Shown: positions 13,264 to 27,531 of the stretch, one piece after another
Layout: each line of letters starts with the position of its first letter
Numbering within the stretch: the first letter of the stretch is position 1
DNA from: Nemertoderma westbladi
Taxonomy: Eukaryota; Animalia; Xenacoelomorpha
Assembly: GCA_032718475.1 (NCBI GenBank)
Contig: JAUCBJ010008293.1
Span: 2,162 to 66,161, forward strand
Direction: 5' to 3'
DNA: 64,000 bases
Made by a program: the position numbers and the translations under genes
The notes under the pieces: generated by a model
Database searches by the model: none
What the model saw: only the letters and a program-made list of their open reading frames with translations
Told to the model about the DNA's origin: nothing

Positions 13264-15270
13264 GGAAGCAGGACAATTCGGTCCGGACAATTCAGTCCCG
13301 GACAATTCGGTCCGGACAATTCAGTCCCGGACAATTCGGTCACGGACAATTCGGTCCGGACAATTCAGTCCCGGAAAATTCGGTCACGGACAATTAATTC
13401 AGACCACCGAATTGTCCGGATACTGACTAGGAAAATTCGGTCCCAAAACATGCATATTAATGGGACCGAATTGTCCGGGACCGAATTGTCCGGGACCAAA
13501 TTTAATTGGTACTATATAATGGTGAATGTTCTAGAACCTTAATATATATTATTATATGGTAGCTAGTGTTTTTTTTACTAGCTAGTATTTTTTTGAAAAT
13601 AAAAAAAAATTTACTTTTGTTTGTTAACATTATTAGTTATGGTAGCTATGGTGTTTTTATGGAGCTTGTGAATTATTTACTAGCTAGTAATGGTATGTAT
13701 TTAAAATGTTTAAAACTGAATTTTTTATATCTTGCATACGTATACTGTATGTGTTGTTGGTTGGTTAACAAGCCAAAATTATTATCCTAGATAATAGCTG
13801 GATCTCATTCAGGGACTGGTATAATATCATCAATATTGTTGGTAATAAATATAATCAGCGACAGTTTAGGCCTAATTCTGAAATATCAATGTTTTTAAAA
13901 GTGTTTTTATAATTTCAAGGAAATGCTAGCTAGTAAAAAAACACTAGCTACATTAAATGATATATAACAATGTTCTCGAACACTTACCAATAACAAAAAT
14001 AATAAAAAATATTGTATTTTTAAAATTTCAAAAAATTATAGCAAGTAAATAACACTAGCTACCATAAAAAATATCTCTAGGGTGAGTGAGGGAGAGTTGA
14101 ACCCCAAAAGTTATAATCGCTCTAAAGAACAGATAAATAAATTTTTCAATGCCGTTTTAACTTTTTCACATTACATTTATGATTGCTATCATTGTGAGAG
14201 TTTGAGAATTTCAACTCTTAAACTTTTTAAATTAAACCAATTATTCGTATTTTCGAAAAAGCGTCACGTCTCCTTCAATGGGGGGAGACTTGACACCTAG
14301 AGACTTGACCCCACTTCGCATACTTGTAAATTCGTTCAAAAATGCCTAAGAAGTGTAATAATTACATGTTCAGCATGTCTATTTTCTAGTAGAGCAAAAA
14401 ATTTAAAAAAATGCGATTGTTAAATTGTTAAATTATTATCCAAAGAAATATTATTATCTAGGTAGACGTCAGCATTGAAGTCTCCCTCACACTCGGGCGT
14501 CATGTCTCCCCACATGGGCTTTTTTTTTATATTAATTGATATAATTTCAAAACGGCTGAACCAAAACTGGAAAACAATATATGGCAGGATAGTGCAATAA
14601 TTAGTCAACACATGTTGTGAATTACAATTAAAATACAGTAAAATAAGGATGCGAATTTTCATTCGTTGTAAAGGCTAAAAATTTTCTTTTGAACCCAGAA
14701 AACGTTTATTGACAATAAAACAAAAAATAACCAAAAGGTAATAAAACATTGTTGCGCGGGAGTAGCCAAAATGTATTTTATACATTTTTGTGTGGTATTG
14801 TTTAATAATTTACAATAGTTTTTGAGTTATTAAAAAAAAACAAGTCTCCCCTAAAGTCAAGTCTCCCTCACTCACCCTATTAATGTTCTAGAACATTCAC
14901 CAATATCAAAAAAGCACAAAAAAGTTGCTATAAGGTACCGGACAATTCGGTCCGGGACAATGCGGTCCCGGACATTTCGGTCCCGGACAATTCGGTCCTA
15001 GGACAATTCGATCCCGGACAATTCGGTCCTAGGACAATTCGGTCCCGGACAATTCGGTCCCATTTATATAGTGTTTTGGGCCCGAAATGTCCGTGACCGA
15101 ATTGTCCGGGACCGATTTGTCCGGACCGAATTGTCCGGACCGAATTGTCCGGACCGAATTGTCCGGACCGAATTGTCCGGACCGAATTGTCCGGACCGAA
15201 TTGTCCGGACCGAATTGTCCGGACCGAATTGTCCGGACCGAATTGTCCGGGACCGAATCGTCCTACTTCC
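13264..15270. mobile_element. Mutator-like (Foldback-type) non-autonomous transposon
   Basis: Termini GGAAGCAGGAC...GTCCTACTTCC, subterminal 14-15 bp GGACAATTCGGTCC arrays, and a perfect 9-bp TSD CTTCTTATT (13255-13263, 15271-15279). Confidence 0.85.
14080..14877. mobile_element. Tc1/mariner-pogo-like MITE nested in the Mutator-like element
   Basis: TIR GGGTGAGTGAGGGAGA...TCTCCCTCACTCACCC flanked by TA on both sides. Confidence 0.8.
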
Positions 15271-17273
15271 CTTCTTATTGCATTAACCCTCTGCCCAGTT
15301 AAAATCAGGGAATTCTTCTGTATCCAATAAAAACTCAATAATACAGGTTGCAGTGAACGATTAGTGATTTAGTAGTCGATAGTCAATTAATCATGATTAT
15401 ATGTTTAACGTAAAGCCTTGTCCAGGAAAGATAACTCCTTTAGAAGGTGATAATTACGGGTCAACTCCATATTTACCCAAAGTACCGGGTTTATTTGGGC
15501 CGGTTTCTTCTGTCTGTGGTGCTGCTGTGTGTCTTTCTGCTGTCAGTGGCTCTGCTTCTCGGCAATCAGACTGCGCTATTCCTATTGCCTGTTTGAAGTG
15601 CTGGTGTCTAGGAGTGTGGGTAGGGTTCCCGCAGAGAATAGAGTTTTGGCCAACCAGCCCTGTAGTGCTTGCGCACTCTGACCGCTGGCTACTCAGATCG
15701 TCCCAGGACCGACTGCTTAGCCGTGAGGACAAAGTGGCAGCTAACCATCTGCGTCCAATCGGTCCCAGACCCGTTTTGACAGAGACGGCGACCTGGTGTG
15801 TTGTTGCACTATTTCCAAGTTCAAATACCGTGAAGCTGCACCAAGTGTATTACGACTTTTAAGACTAAAATCAACTATTTTAGACTGTGTTTCTATTGGA
15901 CCTTTTTCAGAGTATATTATCATCACGAAACGACTAAAATACAGTATTTTATGTACTATTTTCGGTTACAATTATTTTGGAATGTAATATTTTTCGAGGC
16001 TATGCTTTGCCTATCGAGACAAACACCCCTCACTTGGTTTCTTTTGTTTCCCTATTCCCAGAGTTTTTTTTATGGTGTTACGTAGCGCACATTATTTTTA
16101 AACTAAAGTAAGCAATAATAACATCTGGAGAAAACAGAAATCACTATGCGTTTTAGTAGCCTACTATCTTGGAAAGAGTTGTGGATGTCCGTAAATAACA
16201 AGTCATTGAAGGACCGTGTATTATTGCGAGCTATTTTCAAGTCAGTCTTGTCACCGAGAAACCAAAACAATAAGGAAAGAAAGTGTGTTAGCTAGCACTT
16301 GGAACTATTTTTTGAGATACAAAAAGCCTTTTAGGAGCTTTATCGTGCTGAAGGCACGAGAAATCCTTTACACATTGTTTGAAATGTATTCGCCTATTAG
16401 ATACGTAACACACCCACACAAATATCTACATATAATTTTGCCTCTGTCAACCTGAAATTAGATAAACAACTATTTATTTATCACACGAAAATAAATTATA
16501 TCTATCCGGCCATATCTCAGCTTCTTTTCAACAAAATTCCGATGGTTTTTATGGATTAGGAAATCTTTCAAGGCCATCTATCAATGGTCCGTTACTGACG
16601 AAGAATGGCTATGTATTTGCCGATTCTAGTGTAGTACTGTATAACTAGTATAACAATAATGTTGTTTTCTCCATTACATCGTGACGATATATCTAAATCC
16701 TGCAGAATGTTATTGAGGAGAGATATATTTCACGAGTATTTAATTAATAATCTATAATATTTTCCGGTAGCAGTAGTTTTCAAGCTGAAGGTTACTATCT
16801 TTTCGATAACAGAATGCCTAACTGGAGACATGTAAGTGGGAGTAAGGACTCCTCCAACACGGTACAATAATTGAATCAAAATATACGACATATGTAATGA
16901 CAGGTTAATCAATTACTTATAATAACTTTTCAAGATTTCTAAAAGGCCAGAGATGCTAGTAATGGGGCGTGGCGAATGGCCTCTGGTGTTCGACGTCCAT
17001 CCACATTTTAGTGATTTTTGAGTTTTTATGGTTGCAGGAATGTCAGCATATCTATACAGTATGTGGCCTTTGCGTGTTGATAACACTAACATAAAAGTAC
17101 CGAAAATGACTTTTGTTCTTATAACGAATTATATATAAATATGTAAATATTCAACATAATCTAGGCCTATATTTTCATTCCAAAATATACGAACATTACG
17201 TTTTTCACTTTAATAATCAGACGAGTGTGCACAGATTGACACCGCGTATAAAATGAGCACGATATAGGTGTAT

Positions 17274-17780
<507 letters not shown>

Positions 17781-18025
17781 TGTTAGTGGTATACCACGTT
17801 AGTTGCTTTGCTATACAAGCCAATCACAAATATATCAAGGATTTTTTAAGCTCAGGCCAAGATACCACAAATCACATTGGTAAGTAACGCTTATAATATA
17901 TGAGGCCTATTGCGAATGTTAAGGAATACAAGATAAACACGGCCTTATATGAAATTCACAGCATTTATACCCGTTCATACTAGGCAGTCAAAGGTCAAAC
18001 CAGACAACCGACAGCCGTCAACTAA

Positions 18026-19797
18026 GGCCCCGGTAGCGCTACATGGACATAATTTTTATATTGCCTTGTTAGAGCAACTTCTCATTGTCAGAAACGACCA
18101 TAACTTTGTATGAAGGTCAATGGAAGATTTGTAATTATGAATAAAAATAAAAATTCAAATTTTTCAAAAATTTGGAAAACTATTGACAAATGTTGACAAA
18201 TTTTTGGACAAAAATCCAAAAACCTTCAGCAGATTCAATCTTAAGTATTTTTCTTTCTAATTTTACAAATCGCATCAAAAATGTTTGCTCTTTCGATATC
18301 TCGAAGCAAAATTTCGAAAATTAATTAACAATTGTCATTTTGGTGCTGTTTTTTTGTACAAAATTTGACAAATTAAAACTAATCAATATTTTATTCAATT
18401 TCGGCCATTTATTTCTATATTGGAATGAAACAATCAGAATTCGAGATCGAGATATCTGAAGAGAGCACATCAGAGAACCCCTCCGAGCAACATTTTTGAA
18501 AATTTATTGAAAATTGAATTGTCTGAAGCTTTTTTTAGGCCAAAAAATACCATTCCGAGATAATTGCCTTTAAAATTTGAACTCTGTTAATATGTGAGAA
18601 AGTCTGTCAATAATATATCTAGCAACAAGAAAGCATAAAACCATGCTAATAATTTTGCTATGGGGGGTTTCCTGGTCGCTGATTTCATTTCTGAGGTCAG
18701 TTTTCAATTTTAATGAAATCTAGTTTGTCTGTATTGTAAGCGGATTCAATTCCGCCTCATTACCCACCAGAAAATGGGATAGTGGCATTTTCAGCAATAT
18801 GTTGGAGATACGAGATTAGCAATATTAATCTCGTATCACAACCAACATTTGGGGGGGGGGGGCAATGCCGCAAGCCCCGAAGCCACACACAAAGGAAGGT
18901 TAGAGGTCAAACCACCTCGGAGGGGACACAGCTAGCAGAGGCTAGCAGCAGAAGGGAAACACTCCCAGAGAGTGCAAGGGTGAGAAGTAGGGTATTAGCC
19001 AATAGGGGGGAGGAAGGCACGTGATATGGCACAGAAGAGCATCCATTAGGTAACAGGCCAATATACGGTGTATCAATCATATATTATCCCAGATTCTTGT
19101 GTTGGTACACTTAGTTAGTTACTCAGTTAGTGCAGACCGGTATCAATTGTTTACCGTCATCAATCAGATACATACCGGTACCCATTATATCTGTGTTTCT
19201 GCCACAACATTATTGTGCTATTATTTACGATATCAAAGAGACAACACAGGACGACACATGTATGACACATGTATGACACATGTACACATGTACAACACAT
19301 GTATGTCTGTCTGTCGGTCTTTCTGACTATACGACTTATCTGTCTGTCAAATATAAGAAAAAGGCACAGCATTAAGCTAAAAGTTTAGCTATAGGGGTTT
19401 TCCTGGTCGCAGAATTCATTTCGAGTGTCAATTTCAACATTTGATGACATCCACATTGTCTGTTTGACTGTCAGATTATCGGTTATATTTTGACAGACAG
19501 ACTGAAAGGCATACAGACAGAACCGACAATGCCAAATTTGATTAATGACATCAGAAATGAAGTCATCGTCCACAAAAACCCATACAGGGAATTTTTTAGA
19601 CAGATAGTATGTTTTTTATTGACGGACAGACATACTGACGGACAAACCGACAGTAAAACGGACAGAAAGCAATATTTCGAGAAGTAGGACAGATCTTGCT
19701 AAACGGTTTTCAAATTTGGAATCTTGATAAAAATCTGCTCTAGATGAAATAAAAAAAAATTTTTGCAAAAAAATATTGATGTAGCGCTACCGGGGCC
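18026..19797. mobile_element. Kolobok-like non-autonomous transposon
   Basis: Perfect 19-bp TIR GGCCCCGGTAGCGCTACAT. Flanks are CTAA and TTAA, consistent with a TTAA TSD carrying one mismatch. Confidence 0.75.
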
Positions 19798-20856
19798 TTA
19801 AGGACAAAACTGAAACTGGAACCTGTTCTATTTGCTCTCGTTGATTGTTTTGGTTAGAATAGCTCGCCAATATGCCCGCTCCTTTCCCTTCAAGTTTTTT
19901 AACGGTTACCGTTGAGGTTTTCGGCTCTTGGCGTGGCGATTAAACCAAGCTGTCTACTGAATCAATTATTTTCAAATGCGAAAAATCGAAATGATGCCGT
20001 TTTTTTAATTATAATATGCAGCGATGCCTTTTATTTCATCAGTAACAGCAATATGTGTCTTTTAACACCATTTTTTTCCCTCATTTTTTTGCCATTCTTA
20101 ACGCTTATAGGTACGCCTGTTCTTTTAAATAATATATTTTAACGATTTTTTTATTTCAGAACCAACATTTTTTAAATTAATATTTTAACACCCCCACTTT
20201 TATTTATAAATGTTTAACTTCAACGACTTTATATCGGAACCAACAAAGTTTAGTCGATTTTTAATCATTTAACCGTTTTAACATTCTTTTTTAAAATACG
20301 CAAATTTGCTGTTACCTACATTAAGGCACGGGTCACAGGTATGAGCTTTCAACATTCAACATTAAATTAAAAAATAGAACACATTGCAGCCTGTGGTGAC
20401 GTTCACACATAAACAGTAAACTTTCAACTTACATAATGCATTTTTATGTTATATACTTTACCTTTAAAGTTAGAAGTAGTTTTCCATAGCCCGGTATAGA
20501 CTTCCTACACTTGCGATGTGTGACCCGGGACTTACCGAGCAAACAATATATTTCGCCCCCTTTTTATTTTTAAAATTTTTTACAGTTGTACGCGTCTAAT
20601 ACCTTAACAACACATGTACAATAATTCTATCTAGGCCTACATACAATATTACGATAAATCTAAAAGACATCCTATCATACACAATTTGGTGGCATAATAA
20701 TTAGTTGTATACCGTACGTCAAATGTAATACTATTGTTTAGGTTTTAATTGTGTTTTAATGTTGTATAATAACCTATTTAATCAAATTTTACAATTTTTA
20801 CCCCGGCTGGGGGTGTATCTTTAAATATATAATGTTGTATAATATATATTTTAATT

Positions 20857-20900
20857 TATTTACTGAAGACGTCCGTGAGGATTAAATGGCCATATAAATA
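20857..20900 (+). ncRNA. Degenerate minimal type I hammerhead ribozyme motif
   Basis: TATTTA-CTGAAGA-C-GTCC GTGA GGAT-TAAA-TGGCCA-TA-TAAATA. Stems I and II and a palindromic stem III are present, but GAAA is mutated to TAAA. Confidence 0.55.
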
Positions 20901-21924
20901 GAAACTGTTTTTGTTAACCATATGGCAATAGACCCTTTCTACAGTCATTATCCCTGAATCGACTATTTGCGCTTTTAATGGGGCCGAAACCTACTGTAGT
21001 TCATACGACCAATTCAATGTTGGTAAACCAAAACCAATTATTAACGTAAAAAATACACCAATCGCCCAAATTATGCGCAATATTCTTTTTCACGCGCATT
21101 AAGCAAGGGAACATGAGTACAACTGTCTGTCTGTGGTTTCCTCTCGATAAAAATCCTTATCCATACATTTTTTTCATATATATACTCCATTCTACATTCT
21201 AATGCAGAATTATGTACAAACTGGGCAGTACCCTTAATTAAATGTAATTTCGTATCTCAGTTAGCTAATGCTTTTACAGATATATAATTAATCGTATTAA
21301 TATTAAAATAAAATATAGTTAATTTCAACTAACCTCAAAGAACCAAACAGTAAGAAAACGTTCTTCAGTCTGAAAACAACACATTTATTGAAGAATAATG
21401 ATTGATGTATACATTATAATGAATGTGATATAGTGACAAGTGAGGTAATAATTAATCGTAAACATAACATATGGTTTTGAAATTAGTAAATGAATACTGC
21501 AAATATATTTATAATAAAATACAATCATTTTTATCAGCACATGATAATATTATGATGAAAATGAGGTTGATTACTTGATTGTAGGACAAGGTCAAACAAC
21601 TTAATCTTAAGACAGATAATTTGATTGTACAATGATTTTCTTATATTATTCGAATTGGAATATAGTTTGAGTTTCATTTGTAACTCATAAACTGGGGTCA
21701 TTTGTTTATACATAAGAGGAACAGCTCCAACAATACAATGCATTAGAGACAAAGGCCTTTGAGACAATAATTGGCACATCCAACAATCTGAATAGCGTAA
21801 TGTTACAGTTATTCCCTGGGCCTTGCAAGTGACAAAACAATTATATTCTGTGAAAACAAAGATAACAGGGAAGCGAGACCAGAGAGATATATCGGTTTGT
21901 ATAGTCTAACTAAGGAGTGGAAGT

Positions 21925-23290
21925 CAAGGCGTCCTTAAATACAGGCCATGCAGCCGAGATTTAGGGTAAATTAGCGTAGGCTGAAAGTTTCAACAACTGT
22001 ATTGCACCTTACAGCCACAGTAGTCAGGTAGTACCAGTTCAGAAGTACTGTAACTATAACAGTACATTGCTGTGCTGGTTGTTATTATACACAGGTGAAC
22101 TAATTGATTGACACTTGACAGATTGTTTTACTTTAATTAGTTAATTAGCTTTATTAAAATCAAGTTTTCTTTCGGCCTATAGGAAGAGTACTAGAGCGTA
22201 GGAAGACCACAGACTGATTTATAATGCCTTATAGATAGGCATAAACACTGTGTCGGATTCGGCGTGGCTACCAGCTACGTGTGATCGAATTACGACAGTA
22301 CGATGCCACTCTTGAGGCCGTGATTGACGTGTACCCTGACCCTGACCCTGTTGGAAAAAAGTTTCCAAACCGTACATAAAGAACCAAAAATCGTTTTCGC
22401 GTGGTCCGAAATTGAAGAGATAGTTCGCCATCTTAACAATTACCAGCAGACTAATAAAGGTTTCTGCAAGTTTCAATTCTTAACTGAAACTGGCGACTTA
22501 TCTCTTACCCATTATGATCCCTTATTCGGGGGGCCATCCTTTGTTTTTAATTTTGGAAACTTTCAGTTTGAAATGTATAAATTTGTTGTCGGATGCTTTG
22601 ATGAGGTTGACGGTGCCCTTAACTTATCTGATAATGCGAGTTTTTAAAACTGAGACAATTCTCTGCAGGGGATTCACACGATTAATTCTCAGGATTGTTA
22701 CTTAATTATTTAATTAATGAAGAAATAGTTTCAAGGCCATTGTTGTGTTTTTCACTTTGTGGTGGGGAAGATTGAATAAGCATAGGCAATCGTAATATTT
22801 AATATAATAATAATAATATAAATAGTATATAGTAATAACATAAAGTTCCTGATAGATAACATAAAGTACCTACCGGACCGGTAATAATAATATAAAGTAA
22901 TCAATCAATCATATAACATAACTCCAAACTCCACCATTACACTTACACTACCATGTCGCCAGATCCACCATTTGTCATCCCATGTCATGTCACTATATAA
23001 ACAAATGCCACGCCTTGTAGTATTGATGGTTATAATTATAGTAATTAAATATATTTTTATTAAGTATTTATTTAATTTAGAACCATTTGAAATGTCTAAA
23101 TATTAGTACAAACATAATAAATTACAAAATATAGTTTACTAAAGTATATTTCAACTAATAAGATACAAACATTGGCTGACTACCCATAATAAGCTTTGAA
23201 TTACCTATATAGCCTATTGTAAAAGTTTCAGCCTACGCTAATTTCGTACAAATCTCGGTTACATGATGGCCTGTATTAAAGGACGCCTTG
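21925..23290. mobile_element. P-element-like non-autonomous transposon
   Basis: Termini CAAGGCGTCC...GGACGCCTTG, imperfect TIR of about 60 bp, and a perfect 8-bp TSD GTGGAAGT (21917-21924, 23291-23298). Confidence 0.8.
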
Positions 23291-24479
23291 GTGGAAGTCG
23301 ACAGAATTTAGAGATTACTAAAAGATTTGTTTTTGTTTCTTCATGCTTGTTCTTCGTTCATGGTTTTTATCACCATAATAAACTCACTACATTTTTATCA
23401 GGCTGTTCAACTAATACTCCAGATTGGCCTGCCTACTCTCTAAAAAAACCTATTGAAATCTATAAAACTTTTATCAACAACAATAAAATAACAATCTCAA
23501 ATTGAAGAGATCCCCCAATACGCACCAATTATTAGAGTGGAATTACCACTGAAATATTACCCTATGGGTATCTGTGTGGGATTACTTTAAAATCCACCCG
23601 GTCCAATTGGTTGAATCGCAGGCGATAGGCGCCTGCCATTGGTCAGTCTATTTTAGGAAAACCTCCCATATTTGGGAAGCATTGTATCTAGGAAACCGTT
23701 GGCATAGAATACTAAAAGCAATCGACTATCTAAAAAACTTGATAACAGAGACATCTGCTACAACCCCATATAATATCGCGGTACTAATAAGGTTAGGCGT
23801 AATTGAAGCGCAGTTTCGATGTGGGATGTGCGGGGGGGGGGGGGGGGTGTCAACGTACGGCGGGTGTTTATGTCATATACATTAACAAGTACACCATTAC
23901 TTACAGTACAATATGTTGTACTTACAGTAGCCCTAATTAACCGCATGTGTAAACTTTTAGGTTACATAGTTAGGTCTACTGCCTCGCGTGCATTATTAAC
24001 ATTTAAATTCATATAGTTTGCTTTTAACTTTAACTTCATTTTATGACTGAACCCAGCGGTGCAATTTGTAAACAATTTGTAAAATCTGTAATAATGTGCA
24101 ATTTTGTTTAAATTTAGAAGCCTCCGATAAGCAGGTTGGCCGGGTGTTTAATGCCACTTAATTAATATACATAACAATAAAAGCACTAAGCTAATTTCAG
24201 GTACCAGAGAGAGGTAGGGTATAATACAATTTTGGTTGTGATAATGTAGATGTCACCAACCAGTATCGAACTCGTTTGCGTATTGTACGTTTATAGCTGG
24301 TGTGAGGCGGTTGATAAGTTTAAGTACTGTGAGTTTTCTGTCGGGTCAATCCTTACAACAGCGTAATATTTTAGGTTTAGCGGTGAAAGGGTGTGGTGTG
24401 CTTGTTAGTGTGGGGTGTTTATCGAAATAGTGTGCTCCGACTGAGGTTTTACCTGAAACTTGATTATTTTTGCGTATGG

Positions 24480-24800
24480 CATTGTGATGTGACATTATGC
24501 GTCCCCTCGTGTGAGAGAACGTTTATCCTATGTAGTCGTCGGTACAGTTGGTACATTCTATATGATACACTGTATTCTTATCAGTAGTGCAGTGAGTAGC
24601 CCCGTGGGAGTAAGCGTAACATTTGGTATTAGCCGGTGCTGGGCACCGCGGTGGATTTAGTTTCGATTTAATAAGGATGTTTCTCAGTTTTGGGCCTGTA
24701 GTTGACACCACCCCTGTGTTGTGCGCGAACGGTGAATTGTTGATAACTTATTTAACTTGTCTTAATATATTCTCGTTTATATATACGATACAAGTGGTTG
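24480..24800 (-). pseudogene. Penelope-like element GIY-YIG endonuclease remnant
   Basis: Translates to KLRNILIKSKL...KNTVYHIECTNCTDDYIG followed by a stop. The VYxIxCxxC...YIG pattern is typical of PLE endonucleases. Confidence 0.7.
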
Positions 24801-24989
24801 GATATGGTTTATCGTGCTATGGGGAGTTACGGGGTTTATGGTGCTACGGGGTGCTTGTGGGCGTGGGTGCTTTATTTATGTGATTCGTGTACCGCCGCGG
24901 CTCGGCTGGGGTTGTACTAAGGTGTATGGCGCCTTTAAGTGCTGTCCTAGCTGTAGGCCCTATTAATAATTGTTGTTTTACGGGGTACT

Positions 24990-26182
24990 CCCAGATATTC
25001 CCATTGCCGATATCTCCTTTGCAGAAGTGAAGGCTGCTGCCAAGAGCATTAAGACCGATCGTGCCAGTGGATTATATGGTGTTTATTCCCCTTGAGGTCT
25101 TTAAAATACCTGAGTGTTTAAAGCTCATCTATCCCATCGTAGTAGACATGTACATAACAACAAGAGTCCCACAAGAAATGAAAACAAATAAGTTGATGCC
25201 AGTTCCCAAGAAGGGCAACCTAACACTCTATGGTTCTCTTCGGGGAATCTCATTAATCTCGATTGCTGCAAAGCTATACAATAGAATTCTATTAAATCGC
25301 ATCAGAGATCCCATTGAGAGACTGGTCCGTGGAAATCAGAATGGGTTCCGTAAAGATCGTGGGACCATGTCGCCCACTTTGGCACTTAGAAGGATAATTG
25401 AAAGGTTATGAAAAAGAAAGACAGGCATCTGGCTGTTATCTTTGTAAACATCTTCAAGGCCTTTGATTCAGTCTCTCGCTCACGTATGTTCAGCATACTT
25501 TCATTATATGGGATTCCTGATGAAATTATTGCAGCAATCAGATCAGTATAAGATGGTTCGACAACATTTGTGTCTACTGTTGATGGTGATACAGAACCAT
25601 TTGAAGTATTATGGGGAGACCTCCAAGGAGACACACTTTCGCTATTCTTGTCCATAATTGTTGTTGGCAATGTTCTACGCATGTCCTTAGATCTTCATAA
25701 TGATGATGGGGTGATGGTAACTCCACCTAATGGCTCCAGAAGTCGAGGAAATCCTGCCAAGTACCTAACTGATCTAGAGTTTGCTGATGACTTGGAGTAC
25801 TCTCAGAATCATTAGAGGGAGCCCAACGGCTTCTCGGCTCATTGGAGCATGCTGCTTCTACTGTATGTTGGTCTTTTTATTAACTCCAAAAAGACCAAAA
25901 TTTTGACAGTTAACTTTGTAAGTCCTTAGGAAATATCTGATCGTATGTTCATGAGCTCAAAGGATGGTATGCCTGAGCATGTGGACGACTTCTATTACCT
26001 GGGTTCATGGATCCGGAAGTCAGGTGAGGACCTTCGAATACGTAAGGGAAAGGCATTAGGCTTTCCAGGATTTGGAAGTCACAGAGAATTAATCGGAAAC
26101 TTAAGGTCCGATTATTTAGAGCAGCAGTAGTTCCAGTACTCCTCTATGGGAGTCCATGCCGGGATCTAACTGCTAGTAGTAG
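24990..26182 (+). mobile_element. RTE-group LINE RT fragment, decayed
   Basis: PVPKKGNL...RGISL...AAKLYNRILLNRI, NQNGFR, LQGDTL, EFADDL and YYLGSWI motifs with frameshifts; ends in TAGTAGTAG. Confidence 0.85.
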
Positions 26183-26429
26183 ACGTAATACATGTCGTAG
26201 AATTCATTCAAATATTACCAGAACAATAATGTTAAAAGGTACCGTAATAATAATATTACCAATTTAACTAGAGTACAAAGACAAGATAGATAGATATATG
26301 CCATTGGCTAGTTTTTGTATACTAAAATAATTTATTTATTTATTACATAAAAATATAAATGCCCGTAATTCTCTAAAACAATAAATATAATAATAATTTA
26401 ATGTAAACAATTGCGGCACATAATAACAG

Positions 26430-27303
26430 CTAAGCACCAATAAATAATACTTTCCAATCTCCCTTGTTTAGCGGCTGTGTCACCGGCAGACCCTCCCGTC
26501 GCCGTTCCCACACTCCCAACGTGAGGTCCAACGCCTCACCCACCACTCGGGGGACCAGGTCTGCCAGCAGTTGGTAGTCTGTTGTGATAGAAGGGTTCGC
26601 ATTGACTTCTATTAACCAGACACGGAGGTCCCTGTCGACCATAAAATCGAATCCCAATAACTCGAAGTACCCTAGCTTGCGTTCCAATTTACCCGCCACA
26701 GAGTTAAACACGTGCAACATTATTACCCGTATCCTAGGAATTAATTTATTTTTTACCCAATCGGTCCCTATTGTTTTACCTATTGTTGCATTCAAATACT
26801 CATTAAAATCTTCAAAAGACATTAGAGTTTCATCCTTTTTGCTGCAGAAATCTGGGTGTTTCATTTGCTGCAGTTGGTTATTTAAATGCACTATGTGATC
26901 TGACGTGTCATCCATTGTAAACTTCTTTAAAGCCAAACGAATATATCCCTCCCTCGAAAAGACGCAATACGGTTTCGCGCAAGCGATCAGCATGTATACC
27001 CTTATATCGGTTTTGCGACCGTGCACTAACAACGGATTCTCAATGTATCGTTGTATCACTCTGTTCAACAACCAACCTCTCCTCTCTGTTTCGTGTAGTT
27101 CTAGTCTTTCCTTGAACTCTAGAAGACTACTGACTAAATATATTCCTCTTCCCTGATTCATGCCCCCTGGTTTGGAGATCCATACTTCTCCCGTCTTGTA
27201 GTTTTTTATAAAGGCGGCTATTTCTCTTTGAGAACCCAAATTGTGGGTTGTTTTAACAAATTCTGAAGAATGCATAATTTTTCTTCTTATTAACACATTT
27301 AAT
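26430..27303 (-). CDS. TTLL10: TTLL10-like tubulin polyglycylase, exon 2 (last coding exon)
   Basis: TTL-domain motifs VWISKPGGMNQGRGIYL, VIQRYIENPLL..GRKTDIRVYML, HLNNQ, YFELLGFDFMVD and VWLIEVNANPS. Acceptor tttacag|A is phase-compatible with exon 1. Confidence 0.9.
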
Positions 27304-27531
27304 CTGTAAAATAATATCCATTTAATTAAAGATAAATTTTTCTAAGATTTACACATTGCTGAAAATAAAATAATAATATGTTGTTTTAAATCAATTAATT
27401 CTCAAAACACTAAACTTAAAAACAGTGTTTTATTCCACAAAATATGTCATTAAAAACAGACTTACAACTTTAAGTTTTAGGAATACTGTAGGCCTACTGT
27501 ATAGATGGGTTTTTCTAAGGTGAACTAATTA

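Noticed and set aside
15401-15862. 153-aa GC-rich ORF
   Set aside because: No recognisable motif on either strand. It is probably decayed TE sequence that I cannot assign.
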